Shown here: positions 18,866 through 28,233 of the stretch, in pieces
Position numbering within the stretch: the stretch's first letter is position 1
How the letters are laid out: every line of letters begins with the position of its first letter
Assembly (NCBI GenBank): GCA_049522015.1
Contig: JBEKOG010000010.1
Location: 21,840 to 85,839 of the forward strand
Length of the DNA: 64,000 bases
Origin: Verrucomicrobiota bacterium
Lineage (GTDB): Bacteria; Verrucomicrobiota; Verrucomicrobiia; Limisphaerales; UBA11358
Direction: 5' to 3'
Translations under genes and position numbers: made by a program
Notes under the pieces: model-generated
What the model was told of the DNA's origin: nothing
Database searches by the model: none
Seen by the model: the letters and a program-made list of their open reading frames with translations, nothing else

Positions 18866-19978
18866 ATGTTTAAAGCACTCTTAGGCGACCTGTTTGCCAC
18901 CCAAGCCCAGACGCGGGTGAACACGGTCAATTGCATCGGCATCATGGGCAAAGGCGTGGCGCAAGAGTTCAAGAAACGTTACCCGGCGATGTTCGAGGAT
19001 TACGCCAGGCGTTGCGAGCGGAAACAGGTGCGTCTCGGCGAGCCGTATCCTTACCGCGATGCGTCGGGAATTCTTATCGTAAATTTTCCAACCAAAGATC
19101 ATTGGCGGTCGCCGTCGCGTCTGGCGGACATCGAGCGAGGGCTGGATTATTTTGTGCAGCATCATGCGGAATGGGGTGTCAAGAGCGTGGCCTTCCCGCC
19201 GCTCGGGTGTGGCAATGGCGGGCTCAGTTGGGAGGAAGTCGGACCGTTGATGTATGGGAAACTGCGGCATTTGGACATCGAGGTCGAGGTTTATGCGCCG
19301 TACGGAACACCCAAGAGCCAATTGGAAGAAGATTTCCTTGGTGGTCCGTCTCAGATGGAACTGGAGGGCAGAGGCCGCAAGCACGAGAAGATGAATCCCG
19401 AATGGGTGGTCTTGATGGAGGTCCTCCGCGAATTGGAGAAGCAGCCTTATGCCAGTCCGGTGGGCCGGACGATTTTTCAAAAGATTTGTTACGTCGTCAC
19501 TGAGATGGGAGTTCAGACCGGCTTCCAGTTTGGCAAGGGTAGCTACGGGCCGTTCGCCGACGAGGTGAAGCTGGCATTGCATGATTTCGCGAACAGGAAC
19601 TGGCTGCATGAGGAGCGACTGGGGAAGATGATCGCATTGCGTGTCGGCCCGCAGTACGAGAAGGAGCGATTAAAATACGAGGAAATCTTGAAGCGGCATG
19701 AGCGAAAGATTTCCAAAACAGTGGATCTGTTCAGCCGCATCAAGAACACGGAACAGGCTGAGGAAGTGCTGACGGTGTTATTTGCAAGCCGCCAGTTGAA
19801 GCAGGCTAAACCGCAACACGAAGTCGCCGAACAGGATCTTTTCGAATACATCCTCAATTGGAAGAAAACATGGCAGACCGACGAGAAGAAACAGGCGGTG
19901 GCCAGTGCTATCCGAAATCTGGTCATGTTAGGCTGGATGCGATTGCAGTTCAGCGAATCCCTTCCTGATGCGGTGTAG
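18866..19978 (+). CDS. darG: DarG, macrodomain antitoxin
   Basis: 370 aa; N-terminal macrodomain loops NCIGIMGKGVAQEF and FPPLGCGNGGLSWEEV; ~200-aa helical C-terminal domain; sits 12 nt after darT. Confidence 0.85.
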   Translation: MFKALLGDLFATQAQTRVNTVNCIGIMGKGVAQEFKKRYPAMFEDYARRCERKQVRLGEPYPYRDASGILIVNFPTKDHWRSPSRLADIERGLDYFVQHHAEWGVKSVAFPPLGCGNGGLSWEEVGPLMYGKLRHLDIEVEVYAPYGTPKSQLEEDFLGGPSQMELEGRGRKHEKMNPEWVVLMEVLRELEKQPYASPVGRTIFQKICYVVTEMGVQTGFQFGKGSYGPFADEVKLALHDFANRNWLHEERLGKMIALRVGPQYEKERLKYEEILKRHERKISKTVDLFSRIKNTEQAEEVLTVLFASRQLKQAKPQHEVAEQDLFEYILNWKKTWQTDEKKQAVASAIRNLVMLGWMRLQFSESLPDAV

Positions 19979-19984
19979 CCGCCA

Positions 19985-20047
19985 ATGCCATCATTCACCG
20001 AATCCATTGTTGAACTTCTGTGCGCGGAATGGGACGGGCAAGGATGA
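19985..20047 (+). pseudogene. 20-codon stub resembling an HsdR N-terminus
   Basis: MPSFTESIVELLCAEWDGQG; its TTCACCGAATCCATTGT repeats 18168-18184 with 16/17 identity. Confidence 0.35.
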
Positions 20048-20081
20048 ATCAGTATTGATTCATGCCCGGCGCCGGTTAAAC

Positions 20082-20714
20082 ATGGCGGTGATGATTCCGG
20101 GTGGGGAAAGTGAATTAATCGCGCGCTGCCGTCGCGGTGAGGCGGCGGCGTGGGACGAATTGTTCGACCGGCATTACGAGGCAACGGCGCGGTTTGTCTT
20201 CCAACTCGGACACGATCTGGCGCGCGAGGACGTGGAGGAAATCTGCCAGGAGGTTTTTCTTTCGGTCATCAAAAATCTCGGCTCGTTCCAGGGCGAAAGC
20301 CGGTTTCAGACCTGGCTCTTTCGCATCGCCGTCAACCGGGCGTGCGATTACCGCGAACACCGCGCGGCCGCCAAACGCGGCGGGGGAGCGACCCCGGTTT
20401 CCCTGGACGCCGGGGATGACGACCGCCCGCCGATTGACCCGCCGGCCCCCACGCCCGGTCCGGACGCCAGCCTGCTGGCCGCCGAACGGCTGGCGCTTGT
20501 CCGGCAGGCGGTAGACCGGTTGGAAGCGCCGTGCCGCGAAATCATTGAGTTGCGTTATTTTGGTGATTTGAGTTACGAGGAAATCGGCGGCACATTGAAA
20601 TTGAACACGAAGACCGTCAGTTCGCGACTAAGCAAATGCCTCGACCGGCTGGAAATCATCGCCCGGACGCTTTTTGCGGAGGAATCGGACAACCCAATTC
20701 CGTCCAACACCTGA
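20082..20714 (+). CDS. ECF-type RNA polymerase sigma-70 family factor
   Basis: Region 2 EICQEVFLSVIKNLGSFQGESRFQTWLFRIAVNRACDY and region 4 EIIELRYFGDLSYEEIGGTLKLNTKTVSSRLSKCLDRL; ATG 20082 preferred over the ORF-track start at 19968. Confidence 0.9.
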   Translation: MAVMIPGGESELIARCRRGEAAAWDELFDRHYEATARFVFQLGHDLAREDVEEICQEVFLSVIKNLGSFQGESRFQTWLFRIAVNRACDYREHRAAAKRGGGATPVSLDAGDDDRPPIDPPAPTPGPDASLLAAERLALVRQAVDRLEAPCREIIELRYFGDLSYEEIGGTLKLNTKTVSSRLSKCLDRLEIIARTLFAEESDNPIPSNT

Positions 20715-20718
20715 CGAC

Positions 20719-21903
20719 ATGGCAGAAGAACGCGACATCGAGAAACAATTGCGCGGCTACGCTGAACAGCGGCGCCGGGAGGCGGGTGCGCCCTTTGAGC
20801 TGCACCTGGCCACGCGCCGGCTGTTGCAGGATGAGGTCCGGCGGACACATAAAAAACCGGCCGAAGCCGCTGAAAGGGCCTCCCTTTTCGCAAGCTGGTG
20901 GTTCCGGATTGCGGCGGGCGCTTGCGTGGTCGTCCTGGCGGCGGCCGTTTTTCTCCCGGCCTTGTCGAGGAGCAAATCCAGAAGCCTGCGGCTCGCACAG
21001 AATTTGGGACTGCGCGAAAAGGCGATCACCGGATCCGCCCAAAACCGACCGTCATCACCGCCCTCGGAAAACGCTCCGGCGCTGGTTGCGTCGGCGCCGC
21101 CAAGCCGGGACGATACGGACAAGGACAGGTTTGCCGCGGCACGGGAAATCGTCATGAACCAGGCTGCGGCAACGCCGTCAACCGTGGTTGCCACAAATGG
21201 CATCACATCCGGCATGGCTGCCGGAGGCTCGACACTGGCATTCGTCCCACATTCCGCGCAGCAGAATTTTTACTTCCGCAATGTGGGCGCGCCAGCCGAC
21301 ATCAGCGTGGCCGTCGGCCGCACGGCGGGGGACCAATTGGCCAAATCGGATTTAAAGCAATCATTGAATGACCGGACAAAAGCGGCCGCCGGAAAAATTC
21401 CGCTGGCCTCGTTTCAAATCGAGCAAACCGGCAACCAGATTCGCATCACGGACGGCGACGGTTCGGTTTACAATGGCAATCTGACGGTCACCAACGCGGA
21501 AACGCCCAACGCAGGAACGTCCATCGCCCGGTCGGATGGAGTTGCCCTGGCGCCCGCGCCCGCAGCGGAAGCAGAAAGGCAATTCGCTCAATCCGCCATC
21601 CAAAATGGAACACCCTCCCTCAACAACGCGGCCTTGGCGCAAAACCAGAACTTCCGGTTCAAAGCTGCCGGCACCAATTTAAGTTTGAATCAACGGATCA
21701 CCATCAGCGGTGAATTCATCGCCGCGACCAACCCGGCGACTTTATGGGGAACCACGCAGAACGGCGGCGGTGGTGGCGGTGGTGCAAATTCTCAAGCGAC
21801 AGCCACCGGCTCGCAGCAGTTGTCGAACGGACGCATCATCGGCAAAGTTGTTTTGGGCAACGGCCAGGAAATCCCGCTCAACGCAACACCCGTGGCGCCC
21901 TGA
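20719..21903 (+). CDS. Putative single-pass anti-sigma factor / membrane protein
   Basis: Starts 5 nt after the sigma gene; short cytoplasmic N-terminus, one TM helix (WWFRIAAGACVVVLAAAVFLPAL), ~300-aa low-complexity ectodomain; assignment by position only. Confidence 0.45.
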   Translation: MAEERDIEKQLRGYAEQRRREAGAPFELHLATRRLLQDEVRRTHKKPAEAAERASLFASWWFRIAAGACVVVLAAAVFLPALSRSKSRSLRLAQNLGLREKAITGSAQNRPSSPPSENAPALVASAPPSRDDTDKDRFAAAREIVMNQAAATPSTVVATNGITSGMAAGGSTLAFVPHSAQQNFYFRNVGAPADISVAVGRTAGDQLAKSDLKQSLNDRTKAAAGKIPLASFQIEQTGNQIRITDGDGSVYNGNLTVTNAETPNAGTSIARSDGVALAPAPAAEAERQFAQSAIQNGTPSLNNAALAQNQNFRFKAAGTNLSLNQRITISGEFIAATNPATLWGTTQNGGGGGGGANSQATATGSQQLSNGRIIGKVVLGNGQEIPLNATPVAP

Positions 21904-22238
21904 CCGCTGGCCAGGCCATTCACGTTTGCCGAATTCCGTTCCGCCATCAGCAAGGCAACCACGGCAGATTCAATGTGATTTTTCAAGACCGGTTGCTTTG
22001 TCCGGTGTCTTTGCGCATCATTGCGCGTCGTCCGCGCTTTTCATCCGGACACCGAATGTCATATTCGATGAAAAAAACACTCGGCAGAATCCAGACACCC
22101 GCCCACAATTGAAGAATATGCATGGTTCACCCAATGGAATTTTGTTTGCCCACCGCCCGGGTGAACGCGCAATTTCTACGCCAACAAGCTTTGGAAGCTG
22201 AAGCGTCAAAATCGGACAAACTTCCATCTTAAATACGC

Positions 22239-23300
22239 ATGGCCTTCAAACATTTTGCGAAACAGACGCAAGGCGTCGAATTGCTCCAGCGTTCGCTCGC
22301 CCGCGGGCGGCTCGGCCACGCCTACCTGTTCGCCGGGGATCAGCTCGAAGAGTTGGAATCGCTCGCCCGCACATTGGCCAAAACGCTGAACTGCCAGAAC
22401 CCCGTCAAAACCGGCGGCGTGACGACCGATTGTTGCGACGCCTGTTTGAGCTGCCGGGAAATTGACCGCGACACCCATGCCGACGTGCATTGGGCGCGGC
22501 CTGAATCCAAATCGCGCATCGTCACCGTCGAGCAAACGCGCGAGTTGATGCGCGAAATCCAACTCAAACCCACCGGGGCCGAATACAAGGTGGCAATCAT
22601 CGCGGGGGCGGACCGGTTTAATGTTCAAGCCGCCAATGCCTTCTTGAAAACGCTTGAAGAACCGCCCGGCAAGTCGGTTCTGATTCTGCTTTCAACCGAG
22701 CCGCAGCGGATTTTGGAAACAATTTTGTCGCGCTGTCTGCGCCTGAATTTTTTCGGCGAAGGCACCCGGTTGCCTGACCCGGCGCAAATGGAATGGCTCG
22801 CGCATTTTGACGCGCTGGCGGCCCATGAGCAAAAAAGTTTGCTGGGGCGCTACCGGCTGCTCGACGCGCTGCTGCAAAGGCTTGGCGAAATCCGGGCGCG
22901 CGTGGAAGAGACCCTGACCGCGCGTTCGCCATTGCAACAGCACGATGAAATCGAAAAAGACCTGCGCGAAAAGTGGGAGGACGAACTGGCTGCGGCCATT
23001 GAAGCGGAATATCGCCGCCAGCGGGCGGAGGTGCTTTTGCTCGTGCAATGGTGGTTGCGCGACGTTTGGCTGTCCACCCTCCGCAGTAGCACTGCTACGG
23101 AGGACGGGCGCACACTTGCCGCCGGCGGAAACCTGCTGAAATTCCCTGAAATTTCCGGTACGGAAGCCGTCGCCCGGCGCATTACGCCACGGCAGGCATT
23201 GAAAAATTTGCAAACCCTGGAGCAAACCCAGCGGTTGTTGCACACCAACGTGCAGGAAGCGCTTGCGCTGGAAGTCAGCCTGCTCAAACTTCGTTTTTAA
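22239..23300 (+). CDS. holB: DNA polymerase III delta-prime subunit
   Basis: GRLGHAYLFAGDQ, zinc-module cysteines CCDACLSCREI, KVAIIAGADRFNVQAANAFLKTLEEPP, SRC motif LSRCLRLNF. Confidence 0.85.
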   Translation: MAFKHFAKQTQGVELLQRSLARGRLGHAYLFAGDQLEELESLARTLAKTLNCQNPVKTGGVTTDCCDACLSCREIDRDTHADVHWARPESKSRIVTVEQTRELMREIQLKPTGAEYKVAIIAGADRFNVQAANAFLKTLEEPPGKSVLILLSTEPQRILETILSRCLRLNFFGEGTRLPDPAQMEWLAHFDALAAHEQKSLLGRYRLLDALLQRLGEIRARVEETLTARSPLQQHDEIEKDLREKWEDELAAAIEAEYRRQRAEVLLLVQWWLRDVWLSTLRSSTATEDGRTLAAGGNLLKFPEISGTEAVARRITPRQALKNLQTLEQTQRLLHTNVQEALALEVSLLKLRF

Positions 23301-23324
23301 CCGGTTGCGAACGAAATCTCCGCA

Positions 23325-24743
23325 ATGAGGTCTGAAAAAAAAATCACCGGAATCGGGTTTTACGCGCTCGTATTCGGACTGTTTCTCGGTCTGGCGATTT
23401 TGAAGTTTGGCAATCCGGTCATCCTCGACCAAAAAATCACGCCGCCGGTTTCGCCTTCCGAATTTTGGGCGGACGCCTGGCCCCCGCATTGGGGCAACTG
23501 GATTCTGTTGCCGCTGGCATTGACGGGCGCGGCGCTTGTGTTCGCGAGCAAGCCGCGCTGGCCGGGAACACGCCGGCTCTGGCTGCTGCCGTTGCTATGG
23601 TTCGGCTGGCAGCTTCTTTCCGCCACGCAAACGGTGGATGGCAATCTCACCGCAACGACGCTTTGTCAATTTGCCGGATGCCTCGCCTGCTATTTCATCG
23701 GCGCATTGGTTTTGGGACGCGAGCGCGCATGGCATTGGCTGCTCATCGGGGTGCTGGCGGCGTTTGCATTTTGCCTCGTTCGGGGAATCAACCAGCGGCT
23801 TTTTGAGTTTCCAGCGAGCCGCCAATTGTTACTGGAAGGCGAGCGCGCAGGCTGGACCAACATTCCGCCGGCCATGCTGCTGGAAATGAAGCGTAACCAG
23901 GCGGTCATCAACACCAACGGCGTGGATGTGCCCAATCCGGCCATCCTCGCCAAGTTTGCCAAAGGGCGCGTCATGGGCACGTTGGTTTATCCCAATGCCC
24001 TGGCGGGCCTAATTCTGCTGTTACTGCCGGTGTCGCTCGTTTTGGCATTCAACAGCACAAAACGACTGCGACCACCCATTCGCGCGACGGTAATCACACT
24101 GACCATTTTTCTGGGTGGCGCGGCATTTTTTTGGACCGGCTCGAAGTTGGGTTGGCTGATTGCGATGGTGATTGGCGGCGCGTGCTTATTTCGTTTGCGG
24201 TGGCCGATGCGATTAAAACTGGCAACCCTGACAGGTATTTTGCTGATCGGGCTGGTAATTTTTGCCATACGATTTCACAGCTACTTTGCCGCCGGCGCAA
24301 CCAGTGTCGGCGCCCGGTTTGATTACTGGCGCGCGGCGGTGGAAACCACATTCATGCATCCGCTGCTGGGAACGGGCCCGGGCACTTTTCAACGGCCTTA
24401 CGCACAACTCAAATCGCCCACCGCCGAAATGGCCCGCCTGGCACATAATGACTACCTTGAACAATTTTCGGACTCGGGCATTGTCGGCGGAACGCTCTTT
24501 GGAGCCTGGATTGTGCTTTCGCTGTTGACGATCGGGCGGCGCGTCTGGCGCTCTGGTGATCCGGCCAGCTTCGCCATTTTTCTGGGAGTATTTGCCTGGT
24601 TTATCCAGGGGTTGGGTGAGTTTAGCCTCTATGTTCCGGCACTGGCTTGGACGGCTTTCATCTTATTAGGCTTTCTGCTCGCCACGACCGGAAATCAAAT
24701 CGACAAACATCCGATGACCGGTTATTCTGCCTACCGCACATGA
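23325..24743 (+). CDS. O-antigen ligase/polymerase family (Wzy_C) membrane protein
   Basis: 472 aa, at least 10 TM helices; periplasmic loop [12 protein letters not shown]...[17 protein letters not shown] typical of O-antigen ligase-like proteins. Confidence 0.8.
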   Translation: MRSEKKITGIGFYALVFGLFLGLAILKFGNPVILDQKITPPVSPSEFWADAWPPHWGNWILLPLALTGAALVFASKPRWPGTRRLWLLPLLWFGWQLLSATQTVDGNLTATTLCQFAGCLACYFIGALVLGRERAWHWLLIGVLAAFAFCLVRGINQRLFEFPASRQLLLEGERAGWTNIPPAMLLEMKRNQAVINTNGVDVPNPAILAKFAKGRVMGTLVYPNALAGLILLLLPVSLVLAFNSTKRLRPPIRATVITLTIFLGGAAFFWTGSKLGWLIAMVIGGACLFRLRWPMRLKLATLTGILLIGLVIFAIRFHSYFAAGATSVGARFDYWRAAVETTFMHPLLGTGPGTFQRPYAQLKSPTAEMARLAHNDYLEQFSDSGIVGGTLFGAWIVLSLLTIGRRVWRSGDPASFAIFLGVFAWFIQGLGEFSLYVPALAWTAFILLGFLLATTGNQIDKHPMTGYSAYRT

Positions 24744-25186
24744 AAATTCTCTTCCTCAACGGGCCGAATCTGAATCTGTTGGGACAGCGCGAGCCTGAAG
24801 TCTATGGCCGCGTGACTTTGGCTGACATCGAGGCAAAAGTGCGTGAACGTGCCGCACAGTTGAAGGTGGGGATTGATTTCCGGCAATCCAATCTGGAAGG
24901 CGAGCTGGTTGACTGGATTCAGCAGGCAAAGGGGAAATTTGACGTGATTGTCATCAATGCCGCTGCTTACACTCATACCAGCATTGCGCTACGGGACGCG
25001 ATTGCGGCGGTAGGAGTCCCGACTATTGAGATCCACCTCTCAAACGTTCATGCGAGAGAAAAATTCAGACACAAATCGCTCATTGCGCCGGTTTGTTGGG
25101 GGCAAATCACCGGCTTTGGCCAAAAATCTTATATTTTGGCATTAGAAGCATCCGTTGACGTTAACGCTAATAAAAAACAGTCGTAA
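24740..25186 (+). CDS. aroQ: Type II 3-dehydroquinate dehydratase
   Basis: [23 protein letters not shown]..., [32 protein letters not shown]; ATG overlaps the upstream stop (ATGA). Confidence 0.94.
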   Translation: MKILFLNGPNLNLLGQREPEVYGRVTLADIEAKVRERAAQLKVGIDFRQSNLEGELVDWIQQAKGKFDVIVINAAAYTHTSIALRDAIAAVGVPTIEIHLSNVHAREKFRHKSLIAPVCWGQITGFGQKSYILALEASVDVNANKKQS

Positions 25187-25248
25187 AAATGTATTTTTAT
25201 GGCAATCTTATCGGTTTTTATTTGATTTAAATTTTTCTATTTTGTGAC

Positions 25249-25277
25249 TTGACGATAATCATTCAAATGGTTAGGAT
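25249..25277 (+). promoter_or_regulatory. Candidate accBC promoter in a 200-nt AT-rich spacer
   Basis: TTGACG (25249-25254), 17 nt, TAGGAT (25272-25277); a hand count of line 25201-25260 gives about 27% G+C. Confidence 0.25.
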
Positions 25278-25385
25278 TTAACCCAGCTTAATAATAAGTT
25301 AAGCATAGTCAGACTTTGGATGCTGTTTTTTGGGTTATTTAGGATAAAAAACAGGAATTTGAGTTTACTTTAACGAAAACGTACT

Positions 25386-25853
25386 GTGGATATAAAAGAT
25401 ATTAAAGCCATCGTTGACCTGATGAAGAAGAATTCCATTACGGAGTTCGAGTTAGAACGTCAGGATTCAAAAATCAGGCTCAAACGTGGTTCCAACGGCG
25501 GTGTGCCTGTCGTTCAGTACGATGAACCAATAGCTGGTGGCGGCGCTCCAGTTTTACTGCCTGTCGCTGTCCCATCGGCACCGGTTGGCACACCACTGAT
25601 TCCCGCCACGAACGAAATTGAGGTCAAATCGCCAATGATTGGCACTTTTTATCGCGCACCATCCCCTGAGGCCGCAAGCTACGTTGAGATTGGAACCGAA
25701 ATAAGTCCCGAATCCGTCGTATGCATCATCGAAGCGATGAAAGTGATGAATGAAATCAAAGCTGAAGTCAAAGGCGTAATCACTCAGGTTCTGGTGGAAA
25801 ACGCCAAGCCGGTGGAGTTCGGCCAGCCGTTGTTCAAAGTGCGGCCGGCCTGA
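25386..25853 (+). CDS. accB: Biotin carboxyl carrier protein AccB
   Basis: GTG start; Pro/Ala linker; biotinylation motif IIEAMKVMNEI. Confidence 0.94.
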   Translation: MDIKDIKAIVDLMKKNSITEFELERQDSKIRLKRGSNGGVPVVQYDEPIAGGGAPVLLPVAVPSAPVGTPLIPATNEIEVKSPMIGTFYRAPSPEAASYVEIGTEISPESVVCIIEAMKVMNEIKAEVKGVITQVLVENAKPVEFGQPLFKVRPA

Positions 25854-25903
25854 CTTCGGCGACGGAAACATTCGTTAATCCTGTTTGCTTTCACTGAAAG
25901 CCC

Positions 25904-27286
25904 ATGTTTGAAAAAATTCTGGTCGCCAATCGCGGCGAGATAGCCGTTCGGATCATCCGCGCTTGCAAAGAATTGAACATCCGCACTGTGGCCGTTTATT
26001 CGGAAGCGGATGCCAATTCCATGCACGTGCAACTGGCCGATGAGGCCATTTGCATCGGCAAAGCGGCGGCGGCGGAAAGTTATTTACGCATTGACCGCAT
26101 CATCAGCGCAGCGGAAGTCACGGATGTGGACGCGATTCATCCCGGCTACGGTTTTCTTTCGGAAAATGCACATTTCGCCGAGGTTTGCGAGAGTTGCAAC
26201 ATTCGTTTTATCGGCCCAAATCCGCGCACGATGCAGGCGCTGGCCGACAAAGCGCTCAGCCGCGCACTGGCCAAAAAAGCCGGCGTGCCGTTGCCGCCAG
26301 GATCGGACGGCGTTGTTGAAAAGGAGCCGGAGGCCCTGACCATCGCCAAACACATCGGGTATCCGGTAATGATCAAAGCCATTGCCGGCGGCGGCGGACG
26401 CGGGATGCGTGTGGCGCACAATGACATTTCGCTCGTGAAAGGTTATCACACAGCGCGAAATGAAGCGGAAAAGGCATTTGGCAATTCCGGGGTCTATATC
26501 GAGAAATACATCGAGAATCCGCATCATATCGAAATTCAGATTCTCGGTGACCAAAAGGGCCGCATTATTCATCTGGGCGAACGTGATTGTTCCGTTCAAC
26601 GCCGCAACCAAAAACTTATCGAAGAAGCGCCGTCGCCATTGCTCGAGTATAAATTCCGCAAATTGCGCGACAAAATCGGCAAGGCTGCCGTGAAAATCGC
26701 TGAGGCCGCACACTATACCAACGCCGGCACCGTCGAATTCATCGTGGACAATCACGGTAATTTTTATTTCCTCGAAGTCAACAAGCGGATTCAAGTCGAG
26801 CACCCGGTCACCGAGGAAGTCACGGGCATTGATCTCGTGCGCTATCAAATCCTGCTGGCGATGGGCGAGCTGCTGCAACATTCGCAAGGTGACATTCAAA
26901 TCAAAGGTCACGCCATCGAATGTCGCATTAATGCCGAAGACCCGTTTGATGATTTCCGTCCCAGCCCGGGGCGGATTGAGATGTATTTTCAACCCGGCGG
27001 CCGCGGCGTGCGCGTGGACACACATGCTTACGCAGGTTACACGATCCCATCGGCGTACGACTCAATGATTGGCAAGCTTATCACCACGGGCAAAGACCGG
27101 CGGGAGGCGATGGATCGCATGAACCGGGCGCTCGCCGAATATATGATTACTGGCATTAAAACCACAGTGTCCTTCCAGCAAGCCATCATGCAGGACCCGA
27201 ATTTCCGGCGTGGCGTTTATTCAACCGGTTTCGTCGAACAATTGCTCGGCGGCGCACGGCGTGAATTGATTGAGGAAAAGACTTGA
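25904..27286 (+). CDS. accC: Acetyl-CoA carboxylase biotin carboxylase AccC
   Basis: MFEKILVANRGEIAVRIIRAC..., HPGYGFLSEN, GYPVMIKAIAGGGGRGMRV, full-length ATP-grasp pattern. Confidence 0.97.
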   Translation: MFEKILVANRGEIAVRIIRACKELNIRTVAVYSEADANSMHVQLADEAICIGKAAAAESYLRIDRIISAAEVTDVDAIHPGYGFLSENAHFAEVCESCNIRFIGPNPRTMQALADKALSRALAKKAGVPLPPGSDGVVEKEPEALTIAKHIGYPVMIKAIAGGGGRGMRVAHNDISLVKGYHTARNEAEKAFGNSGVYIEKYIENPHHIEIQILGDQKGRIIHLGERDCSVQRRNQKLIEEAPSPLLEYKFRKLRDKIGKAAVKIAEAAHYTNAGTVEFIVDNHGNFYFLEVNKRIQVEHPVTEEVTGIDLVRYQILLAMGELLQHSQGDIQIKGHAIECRINAEDPFDDFRPSPGRIEMYFQPGGRGVRVDTHAYAGYTIPSAYDSMIGKLITTGKDRREAMDRMNRALAEYMITGIKTTVSFQQAIMQDPNFRRGVYSTGFVEQLLGGARRELIEEKT

Positions 27287-27377
27287 TGGCGGGTTGGGTG
27301 CCAACAGTCCTCCCCGGTATTACCAGAAATATATTTGACAGCCGCCGTCCGCCGTTTATCTTGAACCACTAAATACT

Positions 27378-27821
27378 ATGGCTGACATTCCCTCGAACAT
27401 ACCAGGCGCGCCCGCAGGCGCTGTGCCACCGGTAAAAAAAGAAACCGGCAAGGTCCAACCCAAAAAAGAAACCGTCCGAATCAATTTGCCGCCGAAACCA
27501 TCCACGGCGCCAACCATCAAACTGCCGACGCTGCCGCCCGGCGGTCCTACCGGCGCTCCAAGCGTGGTACCATTGTCAAGCGGCGCGGCAAAAGCGCCAT
27601 CGGCGCCTACTGCTGCCGCGCCACGAGCCGCTACTGCTACCGCTGCTGCGCCCGTAGCTCAAACACGCTCCGCTCCGGCGGTTCAAAGAGTGGCGCCGGC
27701 CGCCGCTCCCACGTTTGGCGCGCTCGACAACATTCTGGTCATCGCCGCGGTTGTGGCTGGATTGTTTGCCGCCGGCACTGTGGTCTGGATGTTCCTGATC
27801 CTCAAAAATGCAATCGGCTGA
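27378..27821 (+). CDS. Pro/Ala-rich protein with C-terminal TM anchor (hypothetical)
   Basis: 147 aa, low-complexity PA-rich body, terminal helix ILVIAAVVAGLFAAGTVVWMFLIL. Confidence 0.4.
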   Translation: MADIPSNIPGAPAGAVPPVKKETGKVQPKKETVRINLPPKPSTAPTIKLPTLPPGGPTGAPSVVPLSSGAAKAPSAPTAAAPRAATATAAAPVAQTRSAPAVQRVAPAAAPTFGALDNILVIAAVVAGLFAAGTVVWMFLILKNAIG

Positions 27822-27873
27822 AACCGGTTTTGACCGAATTGTTTTTCGTGCCCAAAACCATTCCATTTGACGT

Positions 27874-28206
27874 ATGGCTTCTCCATTAATCGTCACGCTC
27901 ACGCAGGACAATTTCGCGCAGCAGGTTTTGCAATCGCCGGTGCCCGTGCTCGTTGATTTCTGGGCCGAATGGTGCGGCCCGTGCAAAATGATCGCGCCGC
28001 TCCTTGACGAACTGGCCGACGAATACGATGGCAAGGTGAAAATCGGCAAAGTGAATATTGACGAACATCAGTCGCTCGCCACCGAGTATGGCATCCGCGC
28101 CATACCTACGCTGCTGCTTTTTAACAAGGGCGAAATCGCCGAGCAAATGGTTGGCGCCAAGAGCCGGCGCGATTTCAAGGCCAGCCTGGATCGCGTCGCG
28201 GCCTGA
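27874..28206 (+). CDS. trxA: Thioredoxin
   Basis: 110 aa, active site [20 protein letters not shown]. Confidence 0.94.
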   Translation: MASPLIVTLTQDNFAQQVLQSPVPVLVDFWAEWCGPCKMIAPLLDELADEYDGKVKIGKVNIDEHQSLATEYGIRAIPTLLLFNKGEIAEQMVGAKSRRDFKASLDRVAA

Positions 28207-28233
28207 CCGCTGCCGGTCCCGCGAGGCGGGATT

